Shown piece by piece: positions 1-6,657 of a stretch of DNA of 37,179 nt. The notes below the pieces were generated by a model that saw only the letters and a list, made by a program, of their open reading frames with translations, did no database searches and had not been told where the DNA came from. Positions within the stretch are counted from its first letter, which is position 1. Every line of letters starts with the position of its first letter. The position numbers were made by a program, and so were the translations under genes. Source of the DNA: a virus; IMG/VR virus record IMGVR_UViG_3300009100_000009. One strand, written 5' to 3'.

Positions 1-123
1 CGCCGCGAATGCGGCCGGGGACTTCTCGTACGAGTTGCAGTATCCGGCTAACGCCACGTGCACCCCGGGCGGACTCGGGCTGCACAACGCGCTGCCGTCG
101 GGCTCCAGCGCGGACCTCGAAGC
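1..123. repeat. Terminal overlap: nt 1-123 identical to nt 37057-37179 (circular closure of the contig, or a short direct terminal repeat)
   Basis: Both copies run from cgccgcgaatgcggccggggacttctcg to gcggacctcgaagc. One ORF reads through the junction in frame. Confidence 0.9.
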
Positions 124-340
124 CAACGCGCTCGCGCCGGACGCGACCTCTCCTACGGGCGCGATGCCCTACGGCGCGTCGACCGCGCTCAGCGGCATTC
201 TCGTCAAGGCCCGCATCGTCATGGGGGTCACGGCAGGCAATCTGTTGGTCGCGTGGGCGCAGCTCGCCAGCAACGGCAACGCCACCACACTCAAGGCCGG
301 GTCGTGGCTGACCGCTCGCCCGGTCGACGGAAGCATCTGA
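2..340 (+). CDS. Minor tail protein, C-terminal part (continuation of 36866..37179 across the circular junction; about 176 aa in total)
   Basis: Frame of ORF 35..340 is open from nt 2. The peptide AANAAGDFSYELQYPANATCTPGG is also encoded at 37058..37179. It sits last in the tail module, before the endolysin. Confidence 0.6.
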   Translation, partial: AANAAGDFSYELQYPANATCTPGGLGLHNALPSGSSADLEANALAPDATSPTGAMPYGASTALSGILVKARIVMGVTAGNLLVAWAQLASNGNATTLKAGSWLTARPVDGSI

Positions 341-367
341 CCACAGTAGACACAGAGGGGAAGCGCG

Positions 368-1258
368 ATGGCCGGAGATCACGCCGACGTGCCGTTCGTA
401 CAGGCGCTCAAGTTCGGCGAGGGGCGCCCGGACGGTCCGCCGATCTGGATCGTGTGGCACACGACAGAGGAGCACGAACTCGATAGCACCGCCGAGCGGG
501 TAGCCAATTACTTCCGGACGCTGCCCGATGGCCGAACGGTCAGTTCGCACTACGTGCACGACAACAACTCGTCCGTCCAGTGTGTACGCCTAGCCGACCG
601 GGCCTGGACGGCCGGCAACCGGCCCGGTAACAACCGGGGGATCAACATCGAGCTAGCGGGGTTCGCCTCGCAGGGCGCCGCCGGCTGGGCGGACGTCTAC
701 TCGCAGGCGATGCTCCGCCGCGCGTGCGCCATCGCCAGGCGCGACATGATCGAGTACAAGATCCCAAACCGCTGGTGCTCGATCGCGGACCTCACGGCGC
801 GCCGCGGCGGACACACGACGCACAACGATCTCCGGATCGCATTCAATGTCACCACGCACACCGATCCGGGGCCGACGTTCCCGCGGTCGCTCGTACTGGC
901 CCTGGTGGCCGGAGAGGAAACGGACATGAGTCTGACAGACCCACAGGACAACGCGCTCGGCGAGGCATGGGCGACCTCGGTCGCCTTGCGGGATGGCACC
1001 CCAGTGCCGCCGGCCGGCAACTACCCTGGTGGCCCGGCCTGGGTGGTCGAACAGCTCAAGAGCATCGGCACCGCGGTCAGCACACTGAACGCCAAGGTGG
1101 ACGCGCTGAGCGTGCCGGTGCCCGCGCCAGTGGACACGGTCGCACTGGCCACGGCATTGCAGCCGTTGCTCCAGACGGGCGTGACCGCCGAGCAGGTCGA
1201 GCAGATCGTGGACACCGAGCTGGACGAGCAGTCCCGCTCGGGCGCCGACGCGGACTGA
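368..1258 (+). CDS. Endolysin, N-acetylmuramoyl-L-alanine amidase (Amidase_2/PGRP fold)
   Basis: Motifs WIVWHTTE..., SSHYVHD..., NNRGINIELAG..., THTDPGP match zinc amidase_2 signatures. RBS gagggga lies upstream, and the gene sits immediately before the holin. Confidence 0.85.
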   Translation: MAGDHADVPFVQALKFGEGRPDGPPIWIVWHTTEEHELDSTAERVANYFRTLPDGRTVSSHYVHDNNSSVQCVRLADRAWTAGNRPGNNRGINIELAGFASQGAAGWADVYSQAMLRRACAIARRDMIEYKIPNRWCSIADLTARRGGHTTHNDLRIAFNVTTHTDPGPTFPRSLVLALVAGEETDMSLTDPQDNALGEAWATSVALRDGTPVPPAGNYPGGPAWVVEQLKSIGTAVSTLNAKVDALSVPVPAPVDTVALATALQPLLQTGVTAEQVEQIVDTELDEQSRSGADAD

Positions 1259-1268
1259 GCTCGCGGGC

Positions 1269-1541
1269 ATGACTGCGGAGCACCAACCCCCCGGCAACGG
1301 GGGTGCCGTGCAGCTGCGCGAGGTGTACACGCTCGTGCAGGCCACCAAAGCGGAGATCATGGCCGAGCTGCGCGCGATCGACTCCCGTTGGGACCAGCGG
1401 CTCACCGCGCACGAAGTTGAGCACGAGCGGGAGGAGACCCGCCGGTCCCAGCTCGTCCGGTGGGCCGTGACGAGCATCCTGTCCGGAGGGGTCGGGCTGG
1501 CCGCGACCGCGCTCGGCGTGATCAATCTGATTCAGCGCTGA
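1269..1541 (+). CDS. Small lysis-cassette protein with a C-terminal transmembrane helix
   Basis: 90-aa ORF between endolysin and holin. C-terminus WAVTSILSGGVGLAATALGVINLI is hydrophobic. Confidence 0.5.
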   Translation: MTAEHQPPGNGGAVQLREVYTLVQATKAEIMAELRAIDSRWDQRLTAHEVEHEREETRRSQLVRWAVTSILSGGVGLAATALGVINLIQR

Positions 1542-1555
1542 GAGAGGATCATCCT

Positions 1556-1927
1556 ATGTGGAGAGCCGAGTTCTGGAAACAGGCCGTCGAGCGGGCGGTG
1601 AAGACGTTCGCTCAGGTGCTGTTCGCCGCGTACGTGGCGGGAAAGCTCGATCTGCTCAAGATTGACTGGTCGGCCTGGCGGGACGTCGTGATCACAGCCG
1701 GCATTGCCGCGGGCGTCAGTGTGATCACGTCGCTCGCGTCGCTGGCGATCGGGCCGGGCGGTACGCCGAGCTGGGTCCGCGTCTGGGACACTGCCCAGCT
1801 CCGGCTGGCCGAGCGCGCCCGGGGACTGGCTCAGGCGGCAAGAAAGGCGCCCACGCCGGCACCCGTAGACCATGCCGCGTACAGGGCGGAGCAGGCTCTC
1901 GCCGAGGTCGGGCAGCTCAAGCTGTGA
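1556..1927 (+). CDS. Holin, phage r1t-holin family
   Basis: RBS gagagga then ATG 1556. N-terminus FWKQAVERAVKTFAQVLFAAYVAG and the second helix VITAGIAAGVSVITSLASLAIG match the r1t/LL-H holin pattern as I remember it. Confidence 0.8.
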   Translation: MWRAEFWKQAVERAVKTFAQVLFAAYVAGKLDLLKIDWSAWRDVVITAGIAAGVSVITSLASLAIGPGGTPSWVRVWDTAQLRLAERARGLAQAARKAPTPAPVDHAAYRAEQALAEVGQLKL

Positions 1928-2199
1928 GCGCGTTCACCTGGGCGTGGGTTGGCTTCGCGGCGTACTTCGCGGTGGTCGAGGGTGTCGCGCTCTACCAGTC
2001 CGGCAAGGCCACCGGGCGCGGCGAGGCTGACCCACGGGACACGCTGTCCGAGCATCTGTGGTACTGGTTCGGTGTGAACCGTGGCGGTACGGGCGTGATG
2101 CGCGACAGCAACGTGTGGGCGCGCCTACGGCGGGTCGCGCTCGGCGCCGCGGTACTGTGGTTGGGCGTGCACCTGATGACCGGGGGCGCCTACTTTTAG
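1924..2199 (+). CDS. Two-TM membrane protein (lysis-associated, function unknown)
   Basis: GTG 1924 overlaps the holin stop (GTGA). Hydrophobic segments FTWAWVGFAAYFAVVEGVALY and VALGAAVLWLGVHLM. Confidence 0.5.
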   Translation: MSAFTWAWVGFAAYFAVVEGVALYQSGKATGRGEADPRDTLSEHLWYWFGVNRGGTGVMRDSNVWARLRRVALGAAVLWLGVHLMTGGAYF

Positions 2200-2230
2200 A
2201 CTCCCGCGTTCTTGGCCGATCCGCGGGGTT

Positions 2231-2261
2231 GCGGCCCGCCTCTCCCCCAGAGGCGGGCCGC
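2231..2261. terminator. Bidirectional stem-loop between convergent lysis and leftward operons
   Basis: Perfect 12-bp stem gcggcccgcctc / gaggcgggccgc with a 7-nt loop. Confidence 0.65.
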
Positions 2262-2309
2262 TTGGTCATCATGACTTCTCCTTTGTGGATGGTGGATGGT
2301 GGATGGTCA

Positions 2310-2332
2310 GGGGTGCCCCCGGTGGGCACCCC
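2310..2332 (-). terminator. GC-rich hairpin just downstream of leftward gene 2355..2669
   Basis: ggggtgccc-ccggt-gggcacccc, a 9-bp perfect stem. Confidence 0.5.
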
Positions 2333-2354
2333 CGGGGTTAGGTGGTTAAGACTG

Positions 2355-2669
2355 TCAACGGATAGTCGGAACGGGTTGCGGTTCGCGGCAGCCTGGTCCC
2401 TGCGGTTTCGGTTGCACGTTGTACCGCCGGCCGGTCGCCGTGGTGTAGACCTCGCGGGCGGTGCCCCGGTCGTCGCAGATCACCCAGTAGGCAACGGGCA
2501 CGCTCCGATGGATCTCGGCGTCGAAGTCGTGCAGGATGCCGTGCTTGGTGCGGCTGACGAACTCCAGCAGTTCGCGAGCGCCGACGACATGGGTCGGGTA
2601 GCCCTCGCTCCGTGGGTCGACGTCCAGCCAGTTGTGATGGGTGTCGTATGCCTGAACCAGATACTCCAT
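2355..2669 (-). CDS. Hypothetical protein (104 aa), last gene of the leftward operon
   Basis: RBS taggagg 6 nt before the ATG. High GC3 frame. No motif recognised. Confidence 0.6.
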   Translation of the reverse strand: MEYLVQAYDTHHNWLDVDPRSEGYPTHVVGARELLEFVSRTKHGILHDFDAEIHRSVPVAYWVICDDRGTAREVYTTATGRRYNVQPKPQGPGCREPQPVPTIR

Positions 2670-2708
2670 TGTGGACCTCCTAAATGGTTAAGACTGTTAA
2701 GGGAAAGG

Positions 2709-2734
2709 GGGAGGGCGCCCGGGGGCACCCTCCC
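2709..2734 (-). terminator. Imperfect GC-rich hairpin after the DUF2637-like gene
   Basis: gggagggcgcc / ggcaccctccc with one C-A mismatch. On the minus strand it is followed by ccccuuucccuuaa. Confidence 0.4.
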
Positions 2735-2744
2735 GAGTGGACGA

Positions 2745-3200
2745 TCAGACGGCGCGCAGCTTGCGCGCCGGGGACTTGCGGGTGGCTGGCTTGGCTGGCT
2801 TGGCGGTCGCCTGGCGCCGGCTGGCCGAGGTGCCGCGGGCCGAGTGGATCAGCAGCTCGACCGTGCAGATCAGCGCGACCGCGGGAATCAGGTTGACCAG
2901 TACGGCGTCCGTGCTGGCGTAGCCGGAGTGCGCGACGTTGGCGTAGATCGTCGCGACGAAACCGAAGACGCGGCCGAACCGGGCCCAGAAGCGCGCGGCC
3001 TTTGGGACGCCGTTCCGGACGACCAGCGTCAGCGCGCTGATCATGATTACTGCGTCGATGCTGACCGGGTAGAACAGGGCCACGTCGGCAGTGTTGCCGT
3101 GCGCCATGGCTACGGCCACGATGTGCCGGAAGCTGGTGTAGAACACGCCGAGGGTGACGACGACGATGAGGGCGATGCGGAGCTTGGCGGTGGTGGTCAC
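2745..3200 (-). CDS. Integral membrane protein, DUF2637-like
   Basis: Four hydrophobic helices (IALIVVVTLGVFY, FYPVSIDAVIMISALTLVV, VFGFVATIYANV, LIPAVALICTVELLI) plus a basic tail. The layout matches the actinomycete plasmid/phage DUF2637 family from memory. GTG start with RBS gaaaggac. Confidence 0.55.
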   Translation of the reverse strand: MTTTAKLRIALIVVVTLGVFYTSFRHIVAVAMAHGNTADVALFYPVSIDAVIMISALTLVVRNGVPKAARFWARFGRVFGFVATIYANVAHSGYASTDAVLVNLIPAVALICTVELLIHSARGTSASRRQATAKPAKPATRKSPARKLRAV

Positions 3201-3260
3201 GGGATGTCCTTTCTGGACGGTGGTCGCGGAGCGCTGAGCGCTACGACGCGGGGATGTCGG

Positions 3261-3326
3261 TCGGGCTGAGCGCCCGCGGCGGGGACCGGCCGGTAGGCCA
3301 GCCTCACCGTGGGGGTTCAGTACGTG
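3261..3326. repeat. Copy 1 of a ~66-nt direct repeat spanning a gene 3' end plus intergenic region
   Basis: 43 nt identical to 3573..3615 (tcgggctgagcgcccgcggcggggaccggccggtaggccagcc), then a near-identical tail through the stop codon. Confidence 0.9.
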
Positions 3327-3550
3327 TCGCCAAGCTCGAATCGCTCAGTGGTCACCACGCGTGTGACCTTGAATAGCCGGTACTCGACCTGTGGGCCCCA
3401 GCCTTCATCATCGTCCAACAGCATCCTGATCGACTGTTTGACGGCCTCGGTGTCGACCCTGATCTCTTCCCATAGCTGCCAGGCGTTTGTCGACCAGCCG
3501 GGTTGGCGGTACTGCACAGCGATGACTTGGGTGGTGATGGTCTCGCTCAT
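3317..3550 (-). CDS. Hypothetical protein (77 aa)
   Basis: Internal ATG at 3550 preceded by RBS aaaggagag. The upstream part of the long ORF overlaps the repeat and looks non-coding. Confidence 0.6.
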   Translation of the reverse strand: MSETITTQVIAVQYRQPGWSTNAWQLWEEIRVDTEAVKQSIRMLLDDDEGWGPQVEYRLFKVTRVVTTERFELGDTY

Positions 3551-3572
3551 GACTCTCCTTTGTGGACGTTGC

Positions 3573-3641
3573 TCGGGCTGAGCGCCCGCGGCGGGGACCG
3601 GCCGGTAGGCCAGCCCCACCGTGAGGGCTCAGTAGTACGTG
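3573..3641. repeat. Copy 2 of the ~66-nt direct repeat
   Basis: See copy 1. Relative to copy 1 it has 3 substitutions and a 3-nt (gta) insertion. Confidence 0.9.
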
Positions 3642-3850
3642 CCGGGCCGTGGCTCTGGCAGCGAACCTTCCACGATCAGCTGGGCATACATGTTGACTTC
3701 GTCCGCGATTTGCCGCGGGGTCATTCGGGTACTGCGCTCACTGGACATGATCGCCTTCAGTGCCTCGGCCCGCGCCCAGGCGGCAATCGACGGGACGACG
3801 TGGTACTGCTCGGCCTCGTCGTAGGTGTGGATGATCTCGTCTACGTTCAT
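3629..3850 (-). CDS. Hypothetical protein (73 aa)
   Basis: ATG 3850 with RBS gaaggga. The protein starts MNVDEIIHTYDEAEQY. High GC3. Confidence 0.55.
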   Translation of the reverse strand: MNVDEIIHTYDEAEQYHVVPSIAAWARAEALKAIMSSERSTRMTPRQIADEVNMYAQLIVEGSLPEPRPGTYY

Positions 3851-3887
3851 GGTCGGTTCCCTTCGTCGTAACTGTCGGTTGCCCGGT

Positions 3888-4214
3888 TCAGCGGGTCGGA
3901 TACTCGCACATACCCGCCGCGTTGCGCTCGGCGTAGGAACGCTCCCGCCCAGCCTCGTCAACCAGATCCGCGTGCCGGCCTACTACCCGCAGCCACAGGT
4001 CGTCAGAGCCGTGCCAGCTCGCGCCCGTGCCGTCGATGTCGATCGTGCCGACCCGCTGGCCGTCGCCGCCCGCCGTCCACACCTGCCACTCCCGGTCGAA
4101 CGGCTCTACCTCACCCGTGTACATGAAGCAGATCTCGTAGCCGGCCTCACGGAACAGCTGCGCCCACCGGCGGGCCTCATTGCGCTGGTCTTCGATTGTC
4201 GCTGTCTCGATCAT
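3888..4214 (-). CDS. Hypothetical protein (108 aa), first gene of the leftward operon
   Basis: ATG 4214 preceded by RBS aaaggagatc. The longer 246-aa ORF upstream is Arg/Pro-rich and crosses the repeat-rich non-coding region. Confidence 0.6.
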   Translation of the reverse strand: MIETATIEDQRNEARRWAQLFREAGYEICFMYTGEVEPFDREWQVWTAGGDGQRVGTIDIDGTGASWHGSDDLWLRVVGRHADLVDEAGRERSYAERNAAGMCEYPTR

Positions 4215-4851
4215 GGTGATCTCCTTTAGTCGAGGGGCGCGCTCGTGCGCACCCCTTCGGGTGTCGTTCTCGGCGACCTGGTTGTCTCGGTTCCGGTGGT
4301 CGAGGGGCTTCGTCGCTGGGTGTCGTTTTCCTATGCCCGGGTGCTCAGTCTCTTGGGCGGCTTCAGGATGGTGTGCCGCGCTACGCGTGTGTTCCGGGGT
4401 CCTTTGTTTTGTGCCCGTATCCCATTGACTTCCCTCGCCAGCTCTCCGGTTCGGAGTGGCTGTGCATGTCGCGTAAGAGCAGTGTGGCCTACCGTGTGGC
4501 CACGTACAAGGCGTGCCTGACCTGCGGTTATGCAACTGTGCGGCGGCGTGAGGCCTGACAGGCGGCCGGTCGACGCTCTCGGGAATCGGACATATCAGGG
4601 CAGTGTCGCGGAGCGTAGTCAATTCCACTGTGCACTGTCCATATTGGAGGTAGGCAAACCGGACACGGGTGGCCTATCGTGTGGCCAACTATGACCGAAC
4701 GGCTGATGTCGATACCGGGTCAATTCAGACACGCGCCGGAGACTCACTGGGATATCGGACATAACGGCATGATCAAGGAACGAAACGGACACCACGGGGA
4801 GTAACATGGGTGGCCATGGCGTAGGCCACATACGTGTGCCACACTGTGGGC
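4215..4851. promoter_or_regulatory. Divergent control region with multiple repeated motifs (candidate operators/promoters)
   Basis: No credible ORF. Visibly lower GC. GTGGCC-N6-GTGGCC at 4484 and 4669. Palindrome GTGGCC-N8-GGCCAC at 4810. ATCGGACATA at 4585 and 4754. GTCAATTC at 4618 and 4719. GTCGAGGGGC at 4229 and 4299. Confidence 0.7.
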
Positions 4852-5064
4852 ATGAGCAGATACACCACCCACCGGCTGGCCGCGCTCGGCGGCCGGCATC
4901 GCGAGCTCGTGAGCGACCTGGCCGCGAACCGCAAGGAGATCATTGCCGAGATCATCGCCGCGCGCCGCGCTGGCGTGTCACAGGGGGTGGTCGTGGCGCT
5001 GTCCGGGTACAGCCGCGAGCAGATCCGCCGGATCGAGCGGGCGCACGGGATCGGAGGGTCCTGA
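4852..5064 (+). CDS. Small putative HTH DNA-binding protein (70 aa)
   Basis: C-terminal VSQGVVVALSGYSREQIRRIE resembles a helix-turn-helix. First rightward gene after the control region. Confidence 0.45.
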   Translation: MSRYTTHRLAALGGRHRELVSDLAANRKEIIAEIIAARRAGVSQGVVVALSGYSREQIRRIERAHGIGGS

Positions 5065-5133
5065 ACGGCAGCGAGCGGCCGGGCATCACGTGCGCCGACC
5101 GCCCGCGCATCCATAGGGACCTGTGGAGCGGGA

Positions 5134-5179
5134 CGGGGGCCGCGGGGTCGGGTGTGCGGCACGCCGCCACCGCGGCCCC
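5134..5179 (+). terminator. Stem-loop (11-bp stem) downstream of 4852..5064, nested in a larger inverted repeat
   Basis: gggggccgcgg (5134-5144) pairs with ccgcggccccc (5169-5179). Outer arms are agggacc (5114) and ggtccct (5192). Confidence 0.45.
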
Positions 5180-5295
5180 CGTCGGGGGTGTGAGGTCCCT
5201 GGTCCAGCAGGGAGCCCCACACGCGACAACCTACGTCACTTACGGCACTTACGGCAAGTACGCTACGTGCGTCACTTGCAGCGGAGGAGATCATC

Positions 5296-5565
5296 GTGGT
5301 CGAATTGGGCGTCCAGCAGGGAGCACCATTGACCACGCGCCCGCCGTGGTCGCGTCGCATCGCCGACGAGATCACGGACCTCATCACGTCCGGCCGATGG
5401 CGGCCGGGCCGGCAGCTGCCGTCCACGTCCCGCCTCGCCGAGCAGTACGGGGTCTCCGAGGCGACCGCGTACCGCGCCGTGCGCGAGCTGCATCGACGGG
5501 GGCTGGTCGTCGGCGAGCGTGGCCGCGGTGTGTATGTCGCGGACCCGACTCACCCGATCGGGTGA
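5296..5565 (+). CDS. GntR-family winged-HTH transcriptional regulator (DNA-binding domain only)
   Basis: LPSTSRLAEQYGVSEATAYRAVRELHRRGLVVGERGRGVYV is a textbook GntR N-terminal domain. RBS ggaggag then GTG. Confidence 0.85.
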   Translation: MVELGVQQGAPLTTRPPWSRRIADEITDLITSGRWRPGRQLPSTSRLAEQYGVSEATAYRAVRELHRRGLVVGERGRGVYVADPTHPIG

Positions 5566-5596
5566 TCGCGCGGTTGCGCCCGGGGCGCCCCGGGCG

Positions 5597-5782
5597 ATGT
5601 CCTCGGGTATGGACGAGCTGGCCGCAATCTACGTGATAGCCGATCCGGACCAGGACCGCTGGACCGAGGCCTGTCGGAGGTACTGCGCCGAGCAGGGGTA
5701 CAACCTGGCCGCGGTGGTGCTGGTCGAGCCGGGCGACGACGGCGCCCGGTGGGTGCAGGTGCACGCCATTTGTATGGGCTGA
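5597..5782 (+). CDS. Small protein resembling a degenerate serine-recombinase N-terminus
   Basis: High-GC3 frame. LAAIYVIADPDQDRWTEACRRYCAEQGYNLAAVVLVEPGDDG parallels the resolvase beta1-alpha1-beta2 region, but the catalytic Ser position is Asp/Ala. Confidence 0.4.
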   Translation: MSSGMDELAAIYVIADPDQDRWTEACRRYCAEQGYNLAAVVLVEPGDDGARWVQVHAICMG

Positions 5783-5784
5783 CC

Positions 5785-5822
5785 TTGACATTCTCAGGCT
5801 CAGCCTGAGAGACTCAGGCTCA
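5785..5822 (+). promoter_or_regulatory. Promoter with embedded 19-bp palindromic operator; leaderless start of the XRE gene
   Basis: TTGACA (5785-5790), 18-nt spacer, gagact (5809-5814), ATG at 5822. Palindrome tctcaggct-c-agcctgaga at 5792-5810. ctcaggctca is repeated at 5793 and 5813. Confidence 0.55.
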
Positions 5823-6049
5823 TGACACAACCTCTCGCGGACCACGTGGCCGCGGAGATTCGCGCGGAGATGGGTCGCCAACACCGTAGCCAGCGCTGGC
5901 TGGCGGAAGTGCTCGGCCTGTCGCAGGCGCAGATCAGCGACCGCTACCGCGGCGAGGTCGAGTTCCGCATCAGCGAGCTGGAGATGGCCGCGGTAGCACT
6001 GGGCGTGCCCGTGGCGCAGTTCGTACCCGCCCCGGCGCGCGCCTCATGA
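5822..6049 (+). CDS. XRE/Cro-C1-type HTH regulator
   Basis: RSQRWLAEVLGLSQAQISDRYRGEVEFRISELEMAAVALGV is a typical HTH_3 layout. Confidence 0.8.
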   Translation: MTQPLADHVAAEIRAEMGRQHRSQRWLAEVLGLSQAQISDRYRGEVEFRISELEMAAVALGVPVAQFVPAPARAS

Positions 6050-6225
6050 CCGGTCCGCGCTTCGGGAGCACACCGCCGGACCCCCGGCCGGAACCCCGGC
6101 CGAACCCCGTGCCGCGGCCACGCCCAGAGCCACACCCGGTGGACCCGCGCGACCCACGGACCCGGTAACGGAAATCGGGTCACCCGACCGACGAGTGACC
6201 CGACCGCCCCGAAAGGAGATCCCGA

Positions 6226-6657
6226 ATGCCCGAGATCCTACCATCGACGTCCACTGGCCCCCCGGCCCGTGAGCCGTCCCCGCGCGGCCTGCTGGAGGAC
6301 GCGCTACGCCATGGCGTGCTCGGTCACATGGAGGACGTCGCAGTGGGCCTGGTGCTCTGCCAGCGACGCGCGCTGTACGCCGGCCCGGCAATGGCGCGTT
6401 ACATCGTGCACTGGGACAAGGACGGCGCGCCGGCCGCCCGGATCCTCTGGGCGCGCCTGGCCGAAGACCTGCGGCGCGACGTGTCCGCGGTGCCCACCGA
6501 TCGCGACGAGCGACGCATGCTCGCAGTGGCCTGCTCGATCGGCGGTGGCGCCCCCGTCTCGCTCAACGATGCGCTCAACACGCACAACTACGTCACGCAG
6601 CTCATCCTCTCCCACGCCCTGCGCAGGGCGCTCGGCGGGCCGGGCGAGTCGTTATGA
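6226..6657 (+). CDS. Hypothetical protein (143 aa)
   Basis: RBS gaaaggag then ATG. First of a chain of start/stop-overlapping genes. Confidence 0.55.
   Translation: MPEILPSTSTGPPAREPSPRGLLEDALRHGVLGHMEDVAVGLVLCQRRALYAGPAMARYIVHWDKDGAPAARILWARLAEDLRRDVSAVPTDRDERRMLAVACSIGGGAPVSLNDALNTHNYVTQLILSHALRRALGGPGESL

Noticed and set aside
2262-2290. Strong minus-strand RBS plus ATGATG (aaaggagaagtcatgatg) in the convergent intergenic region
   Set aside because: The downstream reading frame passes through the 2231-2261 terminator stem. It then runs antisense to the 1924..2199 gene and gives an Arg/Pro-rich sequence. The RBS-like match is probably fortuitous, though a very short peptide cannot be excluded.
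2058-3269. 403-aa plus-strand ORF crossing the convergent intergenic region
   Set aside because: It runs through two terminator hairpins and is antisense to two RBS-supported minus-strand genes (2355..2669 and 2745..3200). The translation is Arg/Gly-rich nonsense.
4180-4831. Several 60-90-aa ORFs on both strands inside the divergent control region
   Set aside because: None has an RBS, a G/C-biased third position or a plausible sequence. The region is better explained by its dense repeated motifs, that is, as regulatory DNA.
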